A stretch of 58,262 bases of DNA, filler included, from Basidiobolus ranarum (GCA_040143965.1; 9 parts of 9 records of this genome joined end to end with filler, not necessarily neighbours in it), one strand, 5' to 3'; positions 1 to 11,427 are shown, counted from the whole stretch's first letter. Program-made: numbers and translations. The notes: generated from the sequence alone by a model not told the origin.

Positions 1-362
1 CTTCCTTAACATATTCTACACGTTGGTTTGCTTACATCTTGACAAAACTATAAATGTCAACTTTCTACTCAATAAATCAATAAGTGAAAACCACCAATTC
101 CTCTAATTCTCCAAACCACTTCCAACAGGCTCCTAGATACTTTAACAATGTTATGGAAGATCTCAGAAGCTTGTGTGCAAAGTTTGAGTCTTCTAGTACA
201 TATTTGAAAAATCTTTCTATCTGGAAACTTTTTGATTAGTAAATATATCTGAAGTAAATTCCAATAGAGACTAACAGGTGATATCTTAGTGAAGTATAGG
301 ATAACTGAATACTAAGCTATATCTACAACTATATAGGTGCTTAGGGAATGCTAATGTCAACA
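1..362. mobile_element. Two LTR-like remnants in opposite orientation (1-142 and ~149-362)
   Basis: The reverse complement of 1-142 aligns with 25091-25232. Positions 149-362 align directly with 39348-39572 and in part with 25220-25370. Termini are TGTT...AACA type (ccaaca ending 127; tcaaca ending 362). Confidence 0.7.
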
Positions 363-379
363 ACTGTACATATATTGTG

Positions 380-930
380 ATTTAATCACAGCCAGATATT
401 GCATCTTTTAAGAAACTTATGTGGCACTATCTTCACAATTACAAATCCAATCAAAAGTGGATTTTCAGATATTTGAAAGGAGCTTTGAATCTATACTTAA
501 TCACATATATTCTGGATTAAGCTTTGATCTGATAGGATACTCCAATACAAACTGGGGTAGAGATATGAATGGTAGAAGATCTACTACAGGATATATGTTT
601 CTGAACTGTAATGGTGCTATTTCTGGGAATTCAAAGTAAAAACCTACCATTGCACTTTCAACAGCTGAGGCTGAGTATATGACTGCTTTTGAAGCAAAAG
701 AAGAAGCAACATAGTTAAGGAAACAGTCAACATATATGGGCAATTCTCAACTTCACCAACTACTTAAATTCAGGAGAATCAGAGTTGATCAAATAAGCTA
801 AAAGTCCTACATTTCCTGTCTAAAGTAAACAATGAGATTGTGAATATGATGTTATTAGAGAGACCATAGAGAATAAGTTCATTGATTTAACTAGTTATTC
901 TACAGAAAACAAGAATGCCAATATAATTCT
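380..930 (+). mobile_element. Degenerate Ty1/Copia pol 3' end (RT C-terminus and RNase H)
   Basis: Translates as LIGYSNTNWGRDMNGRRSTTGYMF...GAISGNSK*KPTIALSTAEAEYMTA, matching the Copia RNase H consensus GYSDADWAGD..RRSTTGY..AISW.SKKQ..VALSTAEAEY, with stops and frameshifts. Confidence 0.9.
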
Positions 931-1456
931 ATCTAGATGCTAAGCAAGATGTATACTCTCTCCCGCTGACTGATCAATGTTTTACCATCCAGCAGCCATA
1001 ATGTGACTATTCGTATGAGGAATCTAGGCTATTTAATCATCGATTTTAATATGGATATTCTGGAACCCTCGACAGCTATTGGATACGAGTTATTTACTAG
1101 TGGAAAGAAAATCAAATTAATATAAGAATATCCATGTAAATGAGTTATAATGATGTGGGGCAGGGCTGCTCATCTGAACATTTACATAAGAAAGACCGAG
1201 CGATGTTGAGGGGAGTGAGTGTGAATATATAGGAGGGAGTGCGGGGATTGAGTCGAATCCAGCTGATGTCTCTTGACTGACATAGATGTTTCGTCCTTGT
1301 ACTTTATCCTCAACTTGCTCTCCAGACTGATAATCGTTGGTGATAAATATGTGAAAGCATCTTGGATATCAAATCCGATTAGATTTTAGGGATTATCCCC
1401 TAAAATAGGGGGAATATTTTATTTAATCATCAATTAGTAAGAATTTCTTTTCTTTA

Positions 1457-2084
1457 ATGGCTTTCTTTAACACGTTAGTATGTCAAACGAAACGGTTACA
1501 TCACATCTCTGGAGACTTTATAGGTCAACTTATGGGTTCTAGAGGGATTATAATAAATAATGACCTATTTACGTTGAAAGCAAGACCATGGAAGTCTCAT
1601 GAAACTGTGTTAAGTATGTCAAGTGACTTTCCTATATATTACTTAGAGCATAAAGAATAACCCCTCTATTGACAAGCCAGAAAAACCCAAGAACCTATCG
1701 AGACGTTTAGAGTCACTTATTTGGTTTCTAAGAAGAAGATAAGTAAACTTGCAGTTGTACGTAATAGAGTTAGTAGACGTTTGAAACAAGCTGCGATAAA
1801 AGTCATGCCAGAGCACGCTAAATCAGGTGAATATAGAGAACTTTCCCCGGTTTTCTCATGTTTCCTTATTAACTAACGGTATTTCCATAGGTTTTGATTA
1901 CGCTTTTATTCCACGGTTGAGTGTTTTGGATGTAGAATGGAATACTTTAATAGAGGAGCTTAAAAAATCCTTTAGGAATTCTAAATTACAAGGAAAGTCC
2001 TCTCCTCCTCCCTCCATGAGGAATACTTATAATGGTATACGGAAAGAAAAAAGACCAGTTAACAACAAACCTAAGGGACAGTAG
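1457..2084 (+). CDS. rnpA: Bacterial-type ribonuclease P protein component (RnpA-like), nuclear-encoded, 3 exons (1457-1613, 1677-1826, 1891-2084), 166 aa, probably mitochondrial
   Basis: Hand-spliced product: MAFFNTLVCQTKRLHHISGDFIGQLMGSRGIIINNDLFTLKARPWKSHETVLTRKTQEPIETFRVTYLVSKKKISKLAVVRNRVSRRLKQAAIKVMPEHAKSGFDYAFIPRLSVLDVEWNTLIEELKKSFRNSKLQGKSSPPPSMRNTYNGIRKEKRPVNNKPKGQ. It has the RNR motif (SKK..KLAVVRNRVSRRLK), the preceding beta strand (RVTYLVSKK), the G.D.hh..R strand and the C-terminal helix. Intron 2 is GTGAAT..CTAAC..TAG. Intron 1 is GTATGT(1614)..AAG(1676), or alternatively GTTAAG(1609)..CAG(1680); both keep the frame. Confidence 0.88.
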
Positions 2085-2199
2085 ACTGAATAAAACTCCA
2101 GATGAGGAGTTAATCTTCCGACAGTTATCTTCCATCATATTTCCCGTTCATAGAAATCCTGATTATTTGTACGTTGAACTAAATACATAGAAGTATTCA

Positions 2200-2472
2200 C
2201 TATTTGAACAATCCCCAAGTCCACCATTTATGCTTTTCACCAAAACGAGTAAATAGTTCTAGTATATATGCATCAGCCCTTTGTACACCTGTCATTAGTG
2301 ATCGACGATATCTATGGTATTGAATAGTAGTAGGGACTACAGTTGCAGTAGCGACTAACATTGCATAATTGCCCTACCTTGTCAGCTATTTATAGCAAAG
2401 TTATCAGTTTTTGTGCTAATTCTATTAAAGCAATCTAATGATGGTATAAGGACACCTAAGAATACCTACCAT
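2200..2472 (-). CDS. Putative 58-aa microprotein with an ATG-only first coding exon
   Basis: ATG at 2472-2470 is followed directly by a GTAGGT donor. Intron 2469-2374 has a CTGAC branch site and a TAG acceptor. Exon 2 is open to TAG at 2202-2200, giving MGNYAMLVATATVVPTTIQYHRYRRSLMTGVQRADAYILELFTRFGEKHKWWTWGLFK. No family recognised. Confidence 0.35.
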
Positions 2473-2900
2473 TCGTGATTATATGCCCATAGCTCACATT
2501 TATGGTTGGTTAAAAATCTCACTATTCTCGAGAATCCAGCAGTTTAGGATCAATTGAGGCCTCGTAATGATGGAACTTTTAATGAGATTGAGATGTGCCG
2601 GGAAAGGAGACAAATAGAAAGGGATATTTAAAAATGACCGGTTGATTCTATCCCAAGTGCCTTTAAGTGTATTCTTGAGGGGTTTCACAAAACCAACTCT
2701 TGACTCTCACTTATTCAGTTAGAAACCTTAGTAACCTTTCAGAAAAAAGCCCTCTCCCCCTTGAATCTAGTGGACTGCTTGTTCTTACCCTCCCCTCTCC
2801 CTAATTTTTTCCTTGTTACAAGGAAATACTGACGTAGTTGCATTTAGTTCATTTTGATTTACCCTTTTGAAGTGCAACTTTACGAGACATTGGCTTCAAC

Positions 2901-5900
2901 ATGGCGGATTATGAGCTTGAAGACGAGCACTGTAGTGGATGCGGCTTAGTCATCAACGAAGGAAACGTCATCACCTTTGACGACAACGTTTGGCATGTTA
3001 AATGGTAAGCTTTTCCGCACCCATAGTGATAGTCAAAGTAGAGTTATTCCTTTCCAGCTGAATTTCTTTAACACGTTCCTAGTTTTCGGTGTTCTAGTTG
3101 TCATGCTAGTTTTCAAACGAATTCCAATATACTTATCTTAAATGAACAACCCGTTTGTGAAAGTTGTTCGTATACTTGTGAAGTATGTAAAAACCATATA
3201 CACGACCAAGCTATTTTAATAGGTGAAGTATAGAAAGTTTAGTAAGCCTCTTTTGTTATGGGAATAACTAACTTTGGTGAATATATATAGGTGATAAAGA
3301 GGTTCAAGCATTTCATCAACGTTGCTTTAAGTGTTATTCTTGTCACCAACCACTTGAACCTAATGAGTACACTTCTACTAATAAGGTAAGGGGAATTCAC
3401 CCGCACACCGTTCTCATCTCGTTACATGGTCAGGATTTATTGAAATATATACTCAGGGTTTTCAATGTTCGCAATGCCACTCTTCAGATAGTCTTCTGAG
3501 TGAGGAAATCTCACCTGAAATCTCCACTGATGTCGGTTCTTTTTGATGATTCTTACCTGTAGTATACCTCTATTGGGACCGAATTTAACCTTGGTTTAAT
3601 TGAATTTAGATGGAATCGTTATCTCAAGATGATGTGGAGTTCATTCCACCCATAGCTAATCCAATTGAAACCAATACATCCCCGTTAATCCCAGGTCGAC
3701 CACATATCGAACCACCAACTCGTAGTTCTTCCATCACTAAACGACCTACACGTTCCCATTCACTTCGTACACCTACTGAACAGAAAAGTAAATTTAAAAA
3801 ACGACAATCTATGATGCCTCCAAGATCTCATTCAGATCTGGGACTGGAAGGAATTCATGGACCACCAACACTTCCACCTTTACCATTTGTAGATGATGCG
3901 ATATTAGAAGAAAATATCAATCAAATCATCGAAGGAGTTAGGCAAACTCAATTGAATTCAGTGGAAGATCCCTCTTTGTCTTCGAGTGTAACCGATGAAG
4001 AGAAATCTTCAGAAGATAATACAGATATAGGTACCGATGTCATAGAAACATCCGATATTGTTGAATCCTCTCCCCTCGATATCTCTTCCGAAGTAATCTC
4101 CTTAAAGGTTAGTCCACACCATCTATTACGTCCCCCCTCCCCCTCGTTAGCTCACATCTTTTAAACTTGTGTAGGCTTTGAATAGACAACTGGTGGAGCA
4201 ACTGGAGAACGTAAGAGAGGATCTTCTGAAGGAAGCCAAATCACGTCAAGATATAGAAGAGAAATACAAAGTGTTGGAAGTAGAACGGGATCTTTTATTG
4301 CAATCTCATGAAGAATACACGAACCAAAAGAAAGAAGCTGTTAATATGTACAAGATACTTTCAGATAATATTGAACATTTATCAGTACAGAAAGAAGAAA
4401 TGGAAACCATAATACATGAATTACAACTTCAAAAAGAAAGCTTATATCTGGAAATCGATTCAATGTCTAAGAAGAAACAGATCGAGTTGGATAGGTAAAT
4501 AGCATTCTCATAGTGCTTTGAATGATGTATAGATATATGCTTACCATTCATATTAAGCTTGTCAATTTCGGATGAGAAAAAAAGAGAGTCTTTCATGATC
4601 CTATCGAATGGCTATCAAGACTCTAACTATGCAAACTTCAACAATCCTCTGGTAGTAGAGCCATTGTCACCCTCCTTCAACTATCCTTTGGAGAAGCCAA
4701 ATGACGAGAAATTACGCAGAAGGTCCGCAGTGGTCAACCAATACAAAGACACCGACCTAAGTCAGAGTCTTGCGATATCATACGAAGAGAGCGAATTCCC
4801 ATCGATGAACGAGAGTGAATATCAAAATACCACCCCTTACAACAATGCTCTGGAAGTACCAGCATCATCTAAAGCAGACGGCAAAAAGGAAAGCAAGAAA
4901 TTCAAATGGATGGGTGGAAGTTCATTTAAATCTAAAGGAAAGAGTACAAGTGCACCTAACTCTAATGAAAGAGAGCCAGGTAAAGTGATGGATGTCACAG
5001 GCGAGGTTTCAACTCTTTCCACTAATCATCTGACTTGGATTTCAGAACCAGATAACACTCCTCCAGCTTCAAATTCCAAAATCAAATACAAAAAGTCCAA
5101 TAGCAGCTCACTGCTTACTAACAAATCTCACACCTTTATCATTCACACGTTCATTCGTCCTTTGAAATGTGATCACTGTGGTGAGAAGATGTGGGGTCTA
5201 CAGAACAAAGAAATGAGATGCCAATGTAGGTTTTACTCTAACTTCCCTTCGTCCTACTGAACATTGGCTTACATTTTCTCATCTTATAGTGTGCGGATTC
5301 CATAGTCACATCAAGTGCTCCAACTTAGCAGCACAGGATTGCCCGGGACATATTCAAACGGAAAAAGAAGCATCTGGTGGTGGTTAGTGATTACTTTGTA
5401 ATAAGATAGTTTGATCGGCAGAATATTTATTGTACCCATTTTTTAGTCGTCAACATGTTTGGAAATGAGTTAGAGGAGCAATTGCGATTTGAAGGAAGAG
5501 ATATCCCTTTGATTGTCGAGTTGTGTATTGATGCGGTGGAGAAGAGAGGTAAGAAATGAATTGACGCATAGAGTTACATCAACTGGATACTGAACAGAGA
5601 AATCGGTATAGGTATAATGCTAGAAGGAATCTATCGTAAATCGGGACCTACGTCACAAATGCGAGATATTCAAAGCGCGCTGGCACGTGCAGCGAATGGA
5701 GAAGGACCACCGCCTAACCTGGAAGATCCAGAGGAGTTTAGTGACATCACCGCCGTTACCAGTGTAGTCAAACAATACTTCCGAGAACTCCCAGTTCCTT
5801 TACTTACGTATGATCTGTACAAGGATTTCATGGATGCTTTATGTAAGATCTTTAAAATAGCGAGCTAACCAAGAGCATCATCCTAACCATAATTCACCAC

Positions 5901-6366
5901 AGATATCGACGTCGAGGAAGAAAGATTGGCCCAATTCAAATCGATCATCAGTCAACTGCCCAAGGCCAACTACGATACTTTGAAATATTTGATCATGCAT
6001 CTGATTCGGTAACTATAAGAACCACCACTAGTATTATCCTTCGTATGACTAAACCCATTCCTACGTAGTGTACAAGAATATGAATCGGTGAATTTAATGG
6101 GAACCAAGAATTTAGCGGTGGTATTTGGACCTACATTAATGCGTAGTTTAGACCCTAGTCAAGAATTTTATGATACAGCACGAAAGAATGCCGTAGTGGA
6201 GTATTTATTATGTTGTGCGGAAGATTTATTCGAAGAAGAATATCAAATTTCACCAACGATAACTTTCGATTATCCAGAACAATATGAAAGTGAACTCGTA
6301 ACTCAAGAACATGATTTAATCGATCTAGCTACTGACTATGGTGATAATACAAAGATATACACTTGA
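2901..6366 (+). CDS. Rho GTPase-activating protein with two N-terminal LIM domains, coiled coil, C1 zinc finger and RhoGAP domain (Rga1/Rga2-like), multi-exon
   Basis: LIM motifs CSGCGLVINEGNVITFDDNVWHVKCFRCSSC and CEVCKNHI..FHQRCFKCYSC; coiled coil at 4178-4495; C1 motif HTFIIHTFIRPLKCDHCGEKMWG..RCQ; GAP motifs IPLIVELCIDAVEKRG, EGIYRKSG, KQYFRELPVPLLT and NLMGTKNLAVVFGPTL; GT-AG introns throughout. Confidence 0.93.
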
Positions 6367-6396
6367 TTCTCTTTCCGCGCGCGCCGCCGCGGGGGG

Positions 6397-6496
6397 NNNN
6401 NNNNNNNNNNNNNNNNNNNNNNNNNNNNNNNNNNNNNNNNTTAATTAATTAANNNNNNNNNNNNNNNNNNNNNNNNNNNNNNNNNNNNNNNNNNNN
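6397..6496. other. Artificial contig spacer
   Basis: N44-TTAATTAATTAA-N44, with stops in all six frames. Confidence 0.99.
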
Positions 6497-8308
6497 GAAG
6501 GGATAGATACCCGAAGAAACAATGGGCAAATGTCTAGCTTAACAGAGTTTTTAATCGAAAGGGCGATCCGAAATCCGGTCCTTGGAAATAACTTTCACTG
6601 GTAAGTGGCTAGAAAAGGCATTTTCGAGTATTGCTTCTAATTGATTGCAAGGTATCTCATGGTGGAATGCGAGGATAAAACATTGGGGAAAATGTATGGT
6701 AAAGTGGCGTTTCAATACATGTCAGCTATGATGGAGGTAAGTGTTAGAATATGGTCACTTTCGTATGCAGTAGCTAAAGGGGCTCTTAGATATCTTCTGG
6801 CCATGTTCGTCGAGATGTGTTAAGACGTCAAGGTGAATTAATGAAAAATATTCTATCCATTGCAAAAGAACTTCGTGATTCCAAGGAAACCAGACTGAAG
6901 AAGGTAATTAACGTATTGACATTGATGGCATATCACTTCATTCTTGGTAATAGACTCCATCAGATTGAGCGACTTCGAGCGATTATATCCGATCCCAAAA
7001 GCGGATTAAGTTCTTTCCCACCTCTTCCCTTACCGTTGGATGCCAAAGTTCAAGTAACTTCGATAATTCCAGGTTTGTGAATTACGGCCATTGGTTTCTA
7101 GCGAATTAATGCTTACACACTGGTTATAGAGAAATCCACGATTTTCAAAAGCAGTCTTATGCCGTTGAAGTTAACTTTCCAGTGTGTTGATGGAACTGAA
7201 TATCCGGTATTTTTCTTTAAGTTTCGTATGATGCTTTCTAGGGCCCTAAACTTTACAACCTTTAGGTCATGTTCAAAACTGGAGACGACTTGCGACAGGA
7301 TCAACTAGTCATCCAAATCATTACGCTGATGGACAAGTTGCTGCGTAAAGAAAATTTGGATTTGAAGTTAACCCCATACAAAGTACTGGCTACAGGCTCC
7401 GATCATGGTTGGTTAAATAGGAGTTCGGCCGGCTTGTATCGTCTTTCTAATCGCTAATCTTCACAGGCCTCATTCAGCATATTCCTTCCAAATCATTAGC
7501 AGCAGTTTTAGCTGAGCATAACAACAGTCTGCTCTCATTTCTCCGCGAGAATAATCCTGACAATAGGGCCAGTAGTTACTATGGTGTAAGTCCAGCTGTA
7601 ATGGATGCCTACATAAAGAGCTGCGGTAAATAGATGGTTTTGCGTTCACTTCAAATACAACTGGCTAATAGATTTATCCTCAGCTGGATATTGCGTGATC
7701 ACCTATTTACTGGGAGTTGGAGATCGCCATTTAGATAACTTGCTCTTATCACCTAATGGTATTTCATTTCTATATCATCTGGATGTTGAGTGAAACTATG
7801 GTGAAAAATGCCCTGATTAACATCGAAATATGAATACTTTTAGGTCGATTGTTCCATATTGACTTTGGCTTCATTTTGGGGAGAGACCCTAAACCATTCC
7901 CACCACCCATGAAACTTTGTAAAGAAATGGTCGAAGCCATGGGTGGCCAGTCATCTCCTCACTATCAACGCTTCAAATCTTACTGCTACAGTGCATTCAC
8001 GATATTACGAAAATCCGCCAATCTCATACTTAATCTTTTTGCGCTAATGGTGAATGCAAATATTACCGATATCGCTATCGAACCTGATAAAGCAGTCACG
8101 AAGGTAAATTTCTGGTAATATTTGATTACTAGGCCCAGGGAATTGATTTTTGATATTCAATTTACAGGTTCAAGAGAAATTCCGCCTGGATTTGACAGAA
8201 GAAGAGGCGATTCAGTACTTTCAAAATCTTATCAATGATAGTGTTAGCGCCCTCTTCCCTCAACTTATGGAAACAGTTCATAAATGGGCGCAATACTGGA
8301 GAAAATAA
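6497..8308 (+). CDS. VPS34: Class III phosphatidylinositol 3-kinase Vps34, 5'-partial, multi-exon
   Basis: [68 protein letters not shown] and the diagnostic C-terminus [10 protein letters not shown] (stop 8306-8308). Confidence 0.97.
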
Positions 8309-8730
8309 GCGCTTATCCAAGGGGAGCAATCTTATGTCATATTAACATTTAGTACGTTACATGTGTGAATAAATACAGCCACTCTAAATTCAAAGTAACA
8401 TTTGTGCGAAAAGTATCGAAACTACAAGGAATATTACCATCCTATATTTCATGAAGAATCGGTATGTTCAGAGGTCACTTTTAGACAGTCATAAATGTGT
8501 ATGTCGATTTATTGTTCGAAGGGAGGAGCACGAATGAGACTGGTGCTGATTATAGAAGATGATGGTAATGAATATTTGGATACACTAGTCTATATAAATA
8601 GGTAAGGAGATGATGAATTTGAGTTTAGTACAACGCTATATGTGCATATATAGAGAACGATATAGTTGGTCAAGGTATAACATAAGAGAGATTGAAGCAG
8701 TGCGACAAAATTAGTTTGAATGGAGACACC

Positions 8731-9841
8731 CTAAGGAGCAGTCATTACAGTACCCTGTGAAGTGCTCACACAATCATACGAGGGTGGAAGAGACATCCGC
8801 CTGGCACATACGTCTGGAAACCATTCGGCCGTGTAAAGGGGGAGACTTTGATCAGGTCCATTATTCGACTCAGCCATGATAATGATGGGAAATTCTACGT
8901 AGAATGCCTTTTCCCCCTCTTCCAAAGAATCAATCTCAACGCGCATCTTCAATTTGTGTTGAATCTTAATTAATTCCGTACTGCAATCGAAGTGGATACT
9001 GTCAGATTCGGAAGGAATAGGAAGATGCAACGTTTTCTCAAATATTCCACTTAAATCATCACAATCAGTCGTGAAGTTAAGCCAGTGACGTTCTACCTTA
9101 AACCGACCACTTTCTGGTTTGCAATATGTAACGCATTCTTTCAAGTGACAACTAATGCTCTTAAAGGTTGCATCCTTAACCTCAGGGAATAGTTTAACGG
9201 TTACTGGAATGATATCACCGAGGCCAAACGACTTTACTGGTAGTGAGATTTCGTAAGGAATATTGTCATTCCAAACATCGTGTACGTTGATTGGCTGTAA
9301 ATGAGAGACAGAGCCGGGAAACGAAAACCGAACAATCGGAATCTCCTGACGATGTGTGGATTTTCTCTTAGGAAAAGGTCTATCAGCAATAACCTTCAAT
9401 ATATACTGAATACATCCATTCTTAACGCGGACAGTCTCAGGAAGAGAACCTTCGAAAGGGAGTTCAAAAGCAAACTCGTGCTTGCCCGGAGAAAGCACGT
9501 GAGGCTCACTTTTAAGTGGTAGAAGTGGCTTAATCATTTTGACGATCTCACGCTTTGCATGACGAACGTGAGTCTTACCATTATAGGCTAATTGATAGGA
9601 AAACATTCAGTAAAATGAGAATATAATAGAAAAATTGAAAGAAAATCCGGAGAAGACACATACTACACTTCCAAGAAGCTTTAGCTTTACCAGTCAATTT
9701 TAGCGAGAGAGACTTAATTTTGGTTTCTTCGAGTAAATAAATTACAACCTTTCCCTCCAACACTACACCGCCTGACTCGGCGGGAGGACCATGTAGAGTA
9801 ACCTGGTCCTCAGAGGGGATAATTTCCATTCGAACAGCCAT
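8731..9841 (-). CDS. Alpha-arrestin (Arrestin_N and Arrestin_C, PY motifs), 2 exons, intron 9588-9663
   Basis: LHGPPAESGGVVLEGKVV..KIKSLSLKLTGKAKASW, LSPGKHEFAFELP...LPET..IQYILK and IKIQHKLK; C-terminal LPLY and PPSY motifs typical of Rsp5/Nedd4 adaptors. Confidence 0.9.
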
Positions 9842-10518
9842 TTTAATGCTTAAATATTTATCAAATACTTTGACAAATTTGCTCTTCAAAATAGAGCCTA
9901 CCACTAGAATTTATATTCTTTTTACAGGTAAGAAAAAGGTCACAGAAATGTCATAATGTGAGGAGTATTAAGTGTACGTGAGATGATTGGGGGGATGTAG
10001 GTAAATTGAGTATCCATTAGCTTTTCTTTCTATAGCAACGTCGAAATCTTGGGGGTACAGATTTCAACATCACCAAGATAATCACAACCACGCCGATAAT
10101 CAGTTACATGGATAATATTTCAGGAAATTAGCAAAGGGGTGATCGCACCCTAAGAAAATAGCCTGTATTAGAGCGGATCGGACGTAATTGCTTTTGGACA
10201 AGCGTAGGAATTACAAGTACCTACCCGAAAATACGTGAGAATACGGCTTGAAAAGCAATCACGATCACCATCACATCTCATCTATATCTCAAATAGGATG
10301 CTGATAAACAAAACACTCATTTGCAGTCACTTTACGGTCACCAAATATCTACCATCTGCCTAGTCTCTAGTCGATCTCCGCAGGCGAAATTCTTTACATA
10401 CTTTATGTCTTTATTCAAACCCTTTTTTAACTTTAATTTATGCTACGCAATATGAAGCTTGTCTTCTTTAATGGTGGTTGTCGCACTTTTTTATGATTTG
10501 TTGGGTACTGCTAGCTCT

Positions 10519-11427
10519 CTAATCTTTATTATGTAGATGTGCTAATGCACGCCGAAGTTTCTGTATGATGCCCAGACTCATTGACAAATATCCAGCTCCA
10601 AATATATTGAGGTGATTAAGGGAGTGATACAATGAGTACAATTCATGGCGTTGGTCAAACCCCGGTGCTTGAGGGACGTATTCACGATACTCCTCCCAAA
10701 AGCATTGCGGTGGTCTGGAGAATAAGGTCAGGATTGATAATTCTGCTTCGGAATGACCCCAATAAGTGGCTGGATCGTACAACACCCATCTTCCTTCATT
10801 ATCAACGTCACAATTTCCAAGCCACAAATCACCATGTAGTAAACTGGGTTCGATGGAAGGGATATCCCTAAAGAATATACTGATGTTTTCAACTACTGGG
10901 TATGCCTGGTCGTATAACTCACTAAACTTTTCTCGACAAAGAGCCAGTTGATACTCTAGTCGAGCTTTGAAGAAGTCAATCCATGACTCCTCCCAGGTAT
11001 TGATCTGAGGAGTACTTCCAATAGTATTATCACAAATAAACCCAAACGATTTGACCTCAGCATCTCGATAGGAATGCAACTTCGCCAACTGTCTCCCTAA
11101 AGATTTGTAGTCTTCGTCAGTCGTATACCCATTTTTGAATTGAATATACTCTACTATAAGAAAACCTCCATGCTTCAATTCACCAAAGTGATATACTTCT
11201 GGAATACGAAAAGTCTGAGTTTCAGCAAGAGCGCGTAGCCCTTCAGCTTCAGCTTCAAACATTTTGACTGCTTTAGCGTCTTCGTTAACTTTGATAAAGA
11301 AAGGGCCTCTATCGGTAATATATTTATAATTGTCGTTGATGCAGCCTCCTGCAACAGGAATTGCCTTCTCTATCTGATTACATTTCAAGTGTTCACGCAA
11401 AGCAGCCTCTATTTCTGGGTAACTCAT
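10519..11427 (-). CDS. Fructosamine/ketosamine-3-kinase family protein, intronless
   Basis: GGCIN, FFIKVN, MFEAEAEGLRAL, FGFICDNTIGSTPQINTW, PSLLHGDLWLGN, YDPATYWGHSEAEL, LYSLYHSLNHLNIFGAGY. Confidence 0.93.
   Translation of the reverse strand: MSYPEIEAALREHLKCNQIEKAIPVAGGCINDNYKYITDRGPFFIKVNEDAKAVKMFEAEAEGLRALAETQTFRIPEVYHFGELKHGGFLIVEYIQFKNGYTTDEDYKSLGRQLAKLHSYRDAEVKSFGFICDNTIGSTPQINTWEESWIDFFKARLEYQLALCREKFSELYDQAYPVVENISIFFRDIPSIEPSLLHGDLWLGNCDVDNEGRWVLYDPATYWGHSEAELSILTLFSRPPQCFWEEYREYVPQAPGFDQRHELYSLYHSLNHLNIFGAGYLSMSLGIIQKLRRALAHLHNKD

Noticed and set aside
1141-1283. Possible divergent gene upstream of rnpA starting MSVKRHQLDS
   Set aside because: Stops after about 33 codons, and I could not build a convincing spliced continuation.
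1457-2084. Bacterial contamination or endosymbiont contig as the source of rnpA
   Set aside because: The reading frame needs two spliceosomal introns, there is no rpmH/yidC operon context, and the contig also carries an intron-rich RhoGAP and Copia relics.
6375-6396. Pure GC run CCGCGCGCGCCGCCGCGGGGGG at the contig end
   Set aside because: Out of keeping with local composition and located at the contig tip; most likely a low-quality end artefact.
6441-6452. Regularly spaced TTAATTAATTAA palindrome every ~6.5 kb
   Set aside because: Always embedded in N44 runs; an artificial six-frame-stop linker, not a biological repeat or recombination site.
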